64,000 nt of DNA from a virus (taxonomy: Duplodnaviria; Heunggongvirae; Uroviricota; Caudoviricetes). The number at the start of each line of letters is the position of its first letter. Position 1 is the stretch's first letter. The position numbers and the translations under genes were made by a program. The DNA lies in IMG/VR virus record IMGVR_UViG_3300012347_000377, positions 128,001 to 192,000 of that record; one strand, written 5' to 3'. Shown here one piece after another: positions 28,801-36,536 of the stretch. Below the pieces are notes generated by a model that was not told the origin of the DNA, did no database searches, and was given only the letters and a program-made list of their open reading frames with translations.

Positions 28801-30018
28801 TCACATTCACATTCGAATAAAGCTAATTTAGATACTATTAATCAAAATTTATCAACCACTTCGGATGTTGTATTTAAAGATATTTCAACTAGTGGAAGTG
28901 GTTCGATTGGAACTAATTTAACTATTTATGGTAATTTAACGGTATTTGGAACTGAATCCATTATTAATTCTGAAAACCTTGCGGTTTCGGATACAATGAT
29001 TTATTTAAACAATGGTTCGACCGTAACTAATCCAGATTTGGGGGTAGTTGGTAATTATAATGATGGAACTTATGCTCATACTGGTATATTCTCCGATGCA
29101 TCCGATTCACAAACCTGGAAAGTATTCAAAGGATATACATTAGAACCATCGGGTGCAATTGATACATCTCACGCTTCATTTGCCTTAGCAGATTTCAAAG
29201 CAGCTAATATAACTGCTACATCATTCAATGGTGTAATAAATGCTACAAATGGTGTATTAAGTGGTTCAATTGAAACACAATTACCAAATGGTGTAGTATC
29301 CGGTTCATCACAAATTATTTATAATTCAATTTCATCTATACCGAATGGAATTGTAAGTGGTTCATCACAAGTAATTTACACCTCATTATCATCAATCCCT
29401 GCGGGCATAGTGAGTGGTTCATCTCAAATAGATGGTTCTCAATTAGGTTCTAATAAAACTATCACAATTGCAGGAACATCTGTAACATTGGGTGGTTCTA
29501 TAACCTTATCAACTATTACAAATGGTAGTGGAATTGTTAGTGGTTCATCTCAAATTACAAAAACATTACAAAACGTAACTACTGCAGGTGCAACTACATC
29601 TGATGCGATAACAATAACAAACTCAACTGCATCAACTGATAAAACTACCGGTGCATTAATCGTAACAGGTGGTGTAGGGGTAAGTGGTGATATAAATGCA
29701 GGAGGTGATATTATTGCATTTGCATCATCTGATAGAAGATTAAAAGACAATATTCAGCCAATTCAAAACCCTTTACAAAAAATTAATCAAATTGGTGGGT
29801 ATAGTTTTGACTGGAATTGCGAGAAACAACATATTTATAAAGGTAAAGATTACGGGGTAATTGCTCAAGAAATTGAGGAAATCCTTCCAGAATTGGTTGA
29901 TACTCGTGATAATGGATACAAAGCAGTTAAATATGATAAGTTGGTTTCTCTTCTTATCGAAGGTATTAAAGATTTATCAAAAGAAATTGACAACTTAAAA
30001 TCACAATTAAATAAATAG
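25804..30018 (+). CDS. Long fibre protein (1404 aa) with C-terminal peptidase S74 intramolecular chaperone
   Basis: SSDRRLKDNI...GVIAQEIEEILPELV...VKYDKLVSLLIEGIK; SQETKNSTL repeats. Confidence 0.88.
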   Translation: MAAILQLRRGDNSQTGSIHFEESELFYNQSKETLQIGYSSSAEENGNLKTLVVLDETNTGSLIISNDITASNLSLSGNATIGGNINLGGTIVLGDGSGSDQIIINAGLTGSLIPNVDNRDTLGTSDYRFKELHVVSASIDNISLPGSGILSSSNENFTGFSSSVDTRLIEVYSSASNHESRLDTIETTFSTSVDARLDYLEGDFSTSVDFRLDSAELFTSSQETKNSTLATYTASVDSSLSQINSFTSSQETKNSTLASYTGSNDSNITELFATASNHEERITYLSGSFSQSVDFRLDELESLGSGSNQRLDSLEAFTSSQETKNSTLGTYTGSNDTKWSTLGTYTGSNDTKNNDQDSRLSSLEVASGSAITHLSNLETASLHLMNRAHNLELYSASNDTKFNTLQLYTASIDLDLSQIHSYTASLKTALETTGSNVVILGDLTVRGTSTSIDSTQLNIGDNIIHLNGMEVSNGGLLITDPVDPSKASGSLLWNTANDYWMAGQWSSESRILLADGDNVVTGSAQVRDLLPNGVVSGSQQIPALLPNGVVSGSDQVTSSLDGRYLEINGDSVVSGSSQIDLTQTTNYTSGIKDRLNAENVVSGSTQITDGSGLLSSSVDTYNGFSSSVDLRILSLNSFTSSQETKNSTLGTYTGSVDTRFDTIGLVSASLNSFTSSQETKNSTLASYTGSVDIAISNLNDTTSSLNSFSSSINTTIKTKLDAEGVVSGSSQVTQSLDTRYEEIASSTHTLISSSNQVTQSLNSLYEVSGSVSNLVGIRTTSGSLGSAAWYHVSNSIEDGNPQVVGNAGAVKSYIDAAMTLAGVGDITEVLAGNGISGGALSGSATITLDTGSIHFNEGIKIKLNTEGVISGSAQILGGSGILSSSNETFTTFSQSIDSRVDVLELFSSSLDATFVTQNELASATGALQISIATKLNTASFETYTASVDNSIILLNGFTSSEETKNSTLASWSGSIDSKFTTLGTYTASVDNSLSGLNAVSHSHSNKANLDTINQNLSTTSDVVFKDISTSGSGSIGTNLTIYGNLTVFGTESIINSENLAVSDTMIYLNNGSTVTNPDLGVVGNYNDGTYAHTGIFSDASDSQTWKVFKGYTLEPSGAIDTSHASFALADFKAANITATSFNGVINATNGVLSGSIETQLPNGVVSGSSQIIYNSISSIPNGIVSGSSQVIYTSLSSIPAGIVSGSSQIDGSQLGSNKTITIAGTSVTLGGSITLSTITNGSGIVSGSSQITKTLQNVTTAGATTSDAITITNSTASTDKTTGALIVTGGVGVSGDINAGGDIIAFASSDRRLKDNIQPIQNPLQKINQIGGYSFDWNCEKQHIYKGKDYGVIAQEIEEILPELVDTRDNGYKAVKYDKLVSLLIEGIKDLSKEIDNLKSQLNK

Positions 30019-30028
30019 GGTATAACAA

Positions 30029-30673
30029 ATGGCACAAATAATCCGTTTAAAGAGGTCAACCACCTCTGGTTCGAAACCAACAATCAGTTCATTAGAGACT
30101 GGAGAAATCGCAGTAAACGTATATGATGGTAAAGCTTTTATTCGTAAAAGTGGTAGTGTTGATGAAGTCAACGAGTTAGTATCAACTAACACCGAAACTG
30201 CAATTGCAGGTGACATCAACTTAAATGGAAGCATTACAGCATCATATTTTTCAGGTGATGGTTCTCAGCTAACAAACATTACCGTTGATCAAGCAGCAAC
30301 CGTTCAACGTTCATTCTCAAACTCATCAACATGGGTAGTAAATCACAACTTCAATACTCCAAATGCAATCGCACAAGTATTCGATGAAGATGGTTATCAA
30401 GTAATTCCACAAACTTTAAGACATAGTGATACCAATACGGTTACAATCACTTTCGAATCTCCAAGAAGTGGTTATGCAGTTGTTGCACGAGGTGGTCACA
30501 TTGTTAGTGGTTCTATAACTTCAGATAGAGTTGAAGGTTTAGGAACTGCAATCACAAATCAAGCTAATTTGTTGGGACTATTTAGTGGTTCTGCACAAAT
30601 AACAATGAGTGGTGATGTAACTGGTACTGCAAATGCAACAATAATTTCACAAATCGATGGGGGTTCAATTTAA
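30029..30673 (+). CDS. Short fibre/adaptor protein ending IDGGSI
   Basis: MAQIIRLKRS...GEIAVN N-domain; VNHNFN beta-domain. Confidence 0.7.
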   Translation: MAQIIRLKRSTTSGSKPTISSLETGEIAVNVYDGKAFIRKSGSVDEVNELVSTNTETAIAGDINLNGSITASYFSGDGSQLTNITVDQAATVQRSFSNSSTWVVNHNFNTPNAIAQVFDEDGYQVIPQTLRHSDTNTVTITFESPRSGYAVVARGGHIVSGSITSDRVEGLGTAITNQANLLGLFSGSAQITMSGDVTGTANATIISQIDGGSI

Positions 30674-30684
30674 TAAATAATTAT

Positions 30685-30693
30685 ATACTTATA
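30685..30693 (+). promoter_or_regulatory. Putative late promoter
   Basis: ATACTTATA. Confidence 0.7.
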
Positions 30694-30717
30694 ATATAAT
30701 AAAAAGGATAAAAAAAG

Positions 30718-32901
30718 ATGATATTACACAGTCCAATAATTTCAGGTTCACTAACCTTTGCCGATGGTTCAACGTTTACGTTACCTGATAATGGTATATA
30801 TAGTGGTTCGTATAGTGGTTCATTTCAAGGAACAACTTATACAGGGGGAACGTTCATAGGTAATGGTTCTCAATTAACTTTTGGTGGAACTGGAATTGTT
30901 TCTGGTTCATCTCAACTTACTAACGATTTAGATTCTCGTTACTTAAATACAAACGGAGAAGGTGTAGTTAGTGGATCATCTCAAGTAACAATATCAGGAA
31001 CTACTGGTTATTCTACCTTCAGTTCTTCATTGGATAGTAGAATTTCTACTGAAAAAGATAGAGTTGATGCTATTTTAGCAGCATCTACTGCTGATTCAGA
31101 TACTTTTGCTGAAATCGTTTCATTGATTAATTCAGTTGATACATCTAATGATAGTGCATTTGCATCTTTTTATACTGCAAGTAACGCAACAAACGATGCT
31201 CAATCTGCTAGATTATCTTCAATCGAATCTGTAACTGGTTCATATGAAACTAAAGGTAGAGGAATCGTTTCAGGTTCATCTCAAGTAGTATATACATCTT
31301 TATCATCTATCCCTGCAGGAATCGTTTCTGGTTCATCTCAAATTAATTTAGCAGATGTAAGTGGAAACACAACTTCAAACGTTAATGAAGGAACTAATTT
31401 ATATTATACAGATGCAAGAGTTAAAACTAAATTAAATGCTGAAGGAGTAATTTCAGGTTCAATTCAAGTTTTAGGTGGAACGGGAATCGTTTCTGGTTCA
31501 TCTCAAGTTAATTTAGCAGATGCAAGTGGAAACACAACTTCAAACATTTCCGAAGGTTCAAATTTATATTATACAGATGCAAGAGTTAAAACTAAATTAA
31601 CTGCAGAAGGTGTAATTAGTGGTTCATCTCAAGTAACTTATGCTTCAATCTCTTCAATTCCAGCTGGCATTGTTAGTGGTTCTGCACAAGTAACACCATT
31701 ATTACCTGCAGGTTCAGTATCTGGCTCATCTCAAGTAACAATTTCTTCTACAACAGGATATACTGATTTCAGTTCTTCAGTAGATAGTAGAATTATTACA
31801 GAGAAACAAAGAGTTGATGCTATTTTAGCTTCAGCAGATGCAAATGCAGATACTTTTGCTGAAATTGTAACATTAATCAATTCAGTTGATACGGATAATG
31901 ATAGTGCTTTTGCTTCTTTCTATACTTCATCAAATGCAACTGATGCAGCACAAAACGCTAGATTAACTTCTATTGAATCTGTAACTGGTTCATACGAAAC
32001 TAAGGGTAGAGGAATTGTTTCGGGTTCATCTCAAATTACTTACGCTTCAATCTCTTCAATTCCAGCAGGTATTGTTTCGGGTTCTGCACAAGTAACTCCT
32101 TTATTACCATCGGGTGTTGTTAGTGGTTCATCGCAAGTAACTTACGCTTCAATCTCATCAATTCCTTCAGGTATTGTTTCAGGTTCAACTCAAGTAACTT
32201 CGTTATTACCAGTAGGTGTTGTTAGTGGTTCATCTCAAATTAATTTAGCAAGTGTGAATGGTAATTCTACTTCAAACGTTACTGAAGGTTCAAACTTATA
32301 TTACACAGATGCTAGAGTTAAAACTAAATTAAATGCTGATGCAGTAGTTAGTGGTTCATCTCAAATTTCACATGATTCAACAACTGGCTTTGTTGCAAAC
32401 AAACATATTGACCACACCGCAGTTTCAATCACTGCAGGAAATGGTTTAACTGGTGGTGGTGATATATCATCAACAAGAACACTTAATGTGGTTGGTGGAA
32501 ATGGTATTAGTGTAAATGCAGATAATATTGAATTAGCTGGAACATACACTGGAACATGGGCAGTAACAGGTGGAATTACCGCAACTGCTGACGTTGTTGC
32601 TTACGCATCTTCAGATAGAAGATTAAAGGATAATATTAAGAATATCGAAAATCCAATCGAAAAAGTTCAACAATTAAATGGTGTAACTTGGGAATGGAAT
32701 TCTAACGCTGATGAATTACAACAATCTTTACCAACGGTAGGGGTTATTGCACAAGAAGTTGAAGAAGTTCTACCACAATTGGTTCACGATAGAGAAAATG
32801 GTTATAAAGGTGTTGATTACGCTAAATTAACTGGTCTTTTAATTGAAGCAATCAAAGAACAACAAAAACAAATTGACGAATTAAAGTCAAAATTGCAATA
32901 A
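30718..32901 (+). CDS. Fibre protein (727 aa) with VSGSSQ repeats and S74 chaperone
   Basis: SSDRRLKDNI...GVIAQEVEEVLP; large internal duplication. Confidence 0.88.
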   Translation: MILHSPIISGSLTFADGSTFTLPDNGIYSGSYSGSFQGTTYTGGTFIGNGSQLTFGGTGIVSGSSQLTNDLDSRYLNTNGEGVVSGSSQVTISGTTGYSTFSSSLDSRISTEKDRVDAILAASTADSDTFAEIVSLINSVDTSNDSAFASFYTASNATNDAQSARLSSIESVTGSYETKGRGIVSGSSQVVYTSLSSIPAGIVSGSSQINLADVSGNTTSNVNEGTNLYYTDARVKTKLNAEGVISGSIQVLGGTGIVSGSSQVNLADASGNTTSNISEGSNLYYTDARVKTKLTAEGVISGSSQVTYASISSIPAGIVSGSAQVTPLLPAGSVSGSSQVTISSTTGYTDFSSSVDSRIITEKQRVDAILASADANADTFAEIVTLINSVDTDNDSAFASFYTSSNATDAAQNARLTSIESVTGSYETKGRGIVSGSSQITYASISSIPAGIVSGSAQVTPLLPSGVVSGSSQVTYASISSIPSGIVSGSTQVTSLLPVGVVSGSSQINLASVNGNSTSNVTEGSNLYYTDARVKTKLNADAVVSGSSQISHDSTTGFVANKHIDHTAVSITAGNGLTGGGDISSTRTLNVVGGNGISVNADNIELAGTYTGTWAVTGGITATADVVAYASSDRRLKDNIKNIENPIEKVQQLNGVTWEWNSNADELQQSLPTVGVIAQEVEEVLPQLVHDRENGYKGVDYAKLTGLLIEAIKEQQKQIDELKSKLQ

Positions 32902-32924
32902 AATAATAGAAAAATAAAGGTTAA

Positions 32925-32950
32925 AGCCCCTTCTTATATAAGAAGGGGCT
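32925..32950. repeat. Perfect 26-bp palindrome
   Basis: AGCCCCTTCTTATATAAGAAGGGGCT equals its own reverse complement; no T-tail. Confidence 0.9.
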
Positions 32951-32996
32951 ATTACATAACCGAGTAGTTAAATAATGAAAACGGTAAGTCATAAAT

Positions 32997-33839
32997 ATGG
33001 CACAAGTAGTAAAGCTAAAAAGAACAGCAGTAGAGGGTAAAATCCCAACAACCGCAACTCTAGAATTAGGGGAGTTGGCTATAAATACCTACGATGGTAG
33101 GATATATTTTGAAAAAGACAACGGAATTCCAACCGTTCAACAAATAGTAACAACCGATTCAGTTTCATCTGGTTCTATACAACTTACCGGAATCATATCC
33201 GCATCATACTTCTTAGGTAATGGTTCGGAATTATCATTTGGGGGAACAAACTTAGTTTCATCCTCAGCACAATTAACATCATCATTAGACGAGAGATACT
33301 TAAACACCATAGGTGAACTATTTTCAGGTTCATTTACAGGTGAATACTCTGGTTCATTCATAGGAGATGGGTCTCAATTAACAAATTTACCTGCAGTTGA
33401 AATATCACAAGTTACAACCGTAACTTCTTCGTTTGATAATTTAGAAACAATTGCAGTAAATCATAATTTCAATTCAAAAAATATCATAGTTTCAGTATAT
33501 GGAACGGATGATTCACAGATTATACCAAAATCGGTAAAACTTACCGATAATAATACAACAACAATAAAATTATCATCTCCACATAGTGGGTATATTGTAG
33601 TTGCAAAAGGTGGTCATATAATTTCAAATGAAGATTTAACAACTCACAAAGAAATTGTAAGTGGTAATTCAACTTATACAATTACACATAATTTAAATGA
33701 AGAATATCCATTAGTTCAAGCGTGGAATACTTCAACTAAAAGACAAGAACAACCTTCAATAGTAGAATCTTTAACCGAAAATTCATTATCGATTTCATTT
33801 GCAGGTAATTTTAGTGGTAAAATTATTATTAAAAAATAA
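32997..33839 (+). CDS. Short fibre/adaptor protein, paralogue of 30029 with two HNxN beta-domains
   Basis: MAQVVKLKRT...GELAINTYDG; VNHNFN and ITHNLN domains. Confidence 0.7.
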   Translation: MAQVVKLKRTAVEGKIPTTATLELGELAINTYDGRIYFEKDNGIPTVQQIVTTDSVSSGSIQLTGIISASYFLGNGSELSFGGTNLVSSSAQLTSSLDERYLNTIGELFSGSFTGEYSGSFIGDGSQLTNLPAVEISQVTTVTSSFDNLETIAVNHNFNSKNIIVSVYGTDDSQIIPKSVKLTDNNTTTIKLSSPHSGYIVVAKGGHIISNEDLTTHKEIVSGNSTYTITHNLNEEYPLVQAWNTSTKRQEQPSIVESLTENSLSISFAGNFSGKIIIKK

Positions 33840-33841
33840 TT

Positions 33842-34852
33842 ATGGAATACGATGTATATTACACTACTGGCGGAGGACCGTGGGTAAATGCAGGTTCTGA
33901 TACTTGGGTAAATTTATGGATGGAATTGATTGCACCTAAATTGGATGTAAAACCAATACTTTTAATTCATAGAAACAAACCTAAAGGTAATGAAGATTAT
34001 CAATTTCCCATCGAAACTTATTGGCATGGTGATGATATTGAAAAATTTGAAGAATTATGTAAAGGTGCACGAAGAATAAACATCTTACATGGTCATTATA
34101 CTCCAATGAAATGTATAGTTGATAATAAAGATAAAATTCATTCAAACGTTTTACATAATTCAGTAGACCATATATTAAAATCACAAATCGGAACTGATGC
34201 ATCACTTGCATGGCATCCATATTTAAGTTCTGAATGGGAAAGAGAAGTAAACGAATGGTCATCTAATACAATTTGGGTAGGATTATTTGATATTTTATTT
34301 CCAAATACAAATATTACAAATTTTTACGAATTCAAAAATAATTTAACATTATCTAAATCCAATACGTTGGGTTTTGCTGCAAGATGTGAAGGTAGAAAAA
34401 ATCCACATTATTTAGATGGATTGAAATCTTACATTTTTACAAATTCAGTAGAGTTTAATACAATTTGGAGAGATGGTGTGAAGATTGATACTTCTAAATC
34501 AAAAGTATATCATTACAAGCCAGAATTCAAAAATATCTTTTATACTATGGATTGGGGAATATCACATTCATGTTTTACATCCGAACCATTTGGTTATAGT
34601 ATATTTGAAGCAGTTGATAATGGAAAATTACCAATAATTCATAAGGATTGGTGTAAAGATTTAGAATATCCATATCGAGCTTCGTCTAAAAAGGAATTTA
34701 ATGATATTTATAGTAAGTTAATAAATACCGAATATGATGAACGAAATCGTTGGTTCAATGAAATTAAATCATATATGGTAAATAAATTCACCAATAAAGA
34801 TAAATGGGTAGACCAATTACTTTATATTTATAATAATATAGGAAACAAATAA
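33842..34852 (+). CDS. Glycosyltransferase, GT-B fold (GT4-like)
   Basis: AARCEGRKN and EPFGYSIFEA (E-x7-E) motifs. Confidence 0.8.
   Translation: MEYDVYYTTGGGPWVNAGSDTWVNLWMELIAPKLDVKPILLIHRNKPKGNEDYQFPIETYWHGDDIEKFEELCKGARRINILHGHYTPMKCIVDNKDKIHSNVLHNSVDHILKSQIGTDASLAWHPYLSSEWEREVNEWSSNTIWVGLFDILFPNTNITNFYEFKNNLTLSKSNTLGFAARCEGRKNPHYLDGLKSYIFTNSVEFNTIWRDGVKIDTSKSKVYHYKPEFKNIFYTMDWGISHSCFTSEPFGYSIFEAVDNGKLPIIHKDWCKDLEYPYRASSKKEFNDIYSKLINTEYDERNRWFNEIKSYMVNKFTNKDKWVDQLLYIYNNIGNK
34824..34832 (+). promoter_or_regulatory. Putative late promoter of the Hint protein gene
   Basis: ATATTTATA inside the 3' end of the GT gene. Confidence 0.6.
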
Positions 34853-36112
34853 ATGGCAACATTAACATCAGGCAACACATTAAGTTTACTCGCATTGGCT
34901 TCTGCTACGGCACAAACTACTAAATCTTTATCAGCAGCAAAAGGAAATACAACTGGTCCAATTGCAATGTCATCATTCGCAATCGATTCGGTTGGTTCGA
35001 TAAGTGGATACACTTATGCAGTAGAAGGAACATCTGAAGTATATACATTAGGATTTAATGGAGCTGGTTCTAATTTTAGTAGAATTAGTAGTTTAGGTAA
35101 AAACTTTACTTGGAGTGTTCCCGTAGGTAGTTATATTTCATTAACTACTAATAGTGGTGCATCTGCAACATTCACAGTTTCAAATATGAATCCTCAAGGT
35201 GGTGGTAGTCAAACTTCATTGATGGGAATTCAAACCCATACAATTCGTGCAAAGTTTGCTGACCAATATAATGACCATGCAACTGGGTATGATTCTCTTA
35301 AAGATAAGACAGTTTATTCAGTAGATTCATACGATGGTAATTCAACAGCATTGTGTTTAACCATCGATTCTCCAGTTTTATTAGCAGATGGAACAATTGT
35401 AGAAGCAGGAGATTTGAACGAAGGAGATGTATTAAAAGGATTCTCTATCGGTGGTTTAGGAACTGATTCAGATGGAACATTCTTAGATTGGTCTGCATCT
35501 GAATTATCAAAAACTGAAAAAGATGTAACCATTGTTGGTTTAACATATTCATTTGCATCTCGTTACTACAATATTAATAATGGTGAAGTTACTGCAACTG
35601 CGGAACACCCTATGTTAGTAAAAGATTCAATTACAGGTGATTACTTATTCAAAGAAATGTTCAACTTAGTAGTTGGTGATAAATTAATCAAAGGTGATGG
35701 AACTGAAGTTAGTATCACATCAATTGATACTATTGAGAAAACAACTGAAATTGTTTCTATTGACGTTGAAACTGAAGATACATATATGGTAAATGGATAC
35801 ATTACTCACAATAAAGGTGGTAATACATTCACAGATTTAGCATCACCAGGTGCACCAACATCATTAGCATATGCATCTCCATTTGTAAGTTGGACAGCAC
35901 CAGCATCAGTAGGAACAACTGGTATTACTGCTTACGATATTGATATTGATAATAATTCTGATTTTAGTTCACCTGCACACTCATATACAGAGTGGAGTTC
36001 AACTTCAATTGAGGTAAATACTTTATTGAGTGCAGGAACGTGGTATATCAGAGTTAGAGCTATCGATCAAGGATTAAAAGGAACATACGCAACCTTAACG
36101 TTTACTAGATAA
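34853..36112 (+). CDS. Virion-associated protein with internal Hint (intein-like) domain and C-terminal FnIII-like domain
   Basis: CLTIDSPVLLADG...TAEHP...NGYITHN; PGAPTSL...SWTAP...YIRVRAID. Confidence 0.85.
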   Translation: MATLTSGNTLSLLALASATAQTTKSLSAAKGNTTGPIAMSSFAIDSVGSISGYTYAVEGTSEVYTLGFNGAGSNFSRISSLGKNFTWSVPVGSYISLTTNSGASATFTVSNMNPQGGGSQTSLMGIQTHTIRAKFADQYNDHATGYDSLKDKTVYSVDSYDGNSTALCLTIDSPVLLADGTIVEAGDLNEGDVLKGFSIGGLGTDSDGTFLDWSASELSKTEKDVTIVGLTYSFASRYYNINNGEVTATAEHPMLVKDSITGDYLFKEMFNLVVGDKLIKGDGTEVSITSIDTIEKTTEIVSIDVETEDTYMVNGYITHNKGGNTFTDLASPGAPTSLAYASPFVSWTAPASVGTTGITAYDIDIDNNSDFSSPAHSYTEWSSTSIEVNTLLSAGTWYIRVRAIDQGLKGTYATLTFTR

Positions 36113-36135
36113 TTTTACGTTTGGGAGAAATCCAT

Positions 36136-36144
36136 ATATTTATA
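36136..36144 (+). promoter_or_regulatory. Putative late promoter
   Basis: ATATTTATA. Confidence 0.7.
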
Positions 36145-36175
36145 TATATAGAATACAAACTAACAAATATATAAA

Positions 36176-36454
36176 ATGGCAGAACAAATTAAGTTTACGG
36201 ATGGGGAAATCTCACAAATTAACAAATTAAGAGATGATGTTTCACAAGTTTTTTTAGAATTAGGACAACTACAAGTAGAAAGAAAGAAAAAATTAGATGA
36301 GATTGATGCAATCGAATCTGGATTACTTACTACACATTCCGAATTGGTAGAATTTGAAACAAATCTTTTTAAAACTCTGAATGAGAAGTATGGTGATGGC
36401 AATTACGACCCAAATACTGGTATCTTTACACCCATCTCATTAGAAACGGAATAA
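36176..36454 (+). CDS. Small coiled-coil protein (possible fibre assembly chaperone)
   Basis: 92 aa heptads ending KYGDGNYDPNTGIF; late promoter. Confidence 0.55.
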   Translation: MAEQIKFTDGEISQINKLRDDVSQVFLELGQLQVERKKKLDEIDAIESGLLTTHSELVEFETNLFKTLNEKYGDGNYDPNTGIFTPISLETE

Positions 36455-36483
36455 TAAAAAATAATCTTTACAAAAAGTAGCTA

Positions 36484-36492
36484 ATACTTATA
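36484..36492 (+). promoter_or_regulatory. Putative late promoter of sheath
   Basis: ATACTTATA. Confidence 0.7.
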
Positions 36493-36536
36493 TGTGTATC
36501 ATTACACAACAAAAAATTTAACAGGAGTAATATAAA

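Noticed and set aside
21849-30673. DGG tails as ubiquitin-like di-glycine conjugation sites
   Set aside because: Two residues follow GG and no E1/E2/JAB genes are present; a docking role is more parsimonious
35354-35812. Canonical mobile intein
   Set aside because: No homing endonuclease, and the +1 residue is Lys; treated as a BIL-type Hint domain
21219-36112. Diversity-generating retroelement or invertase shufflon acting on fibres
   Set aside because: No reverse transcriptase or recombinase in the window; no TR/VR pair with adenine-specific differences and no inverted cassettes seen
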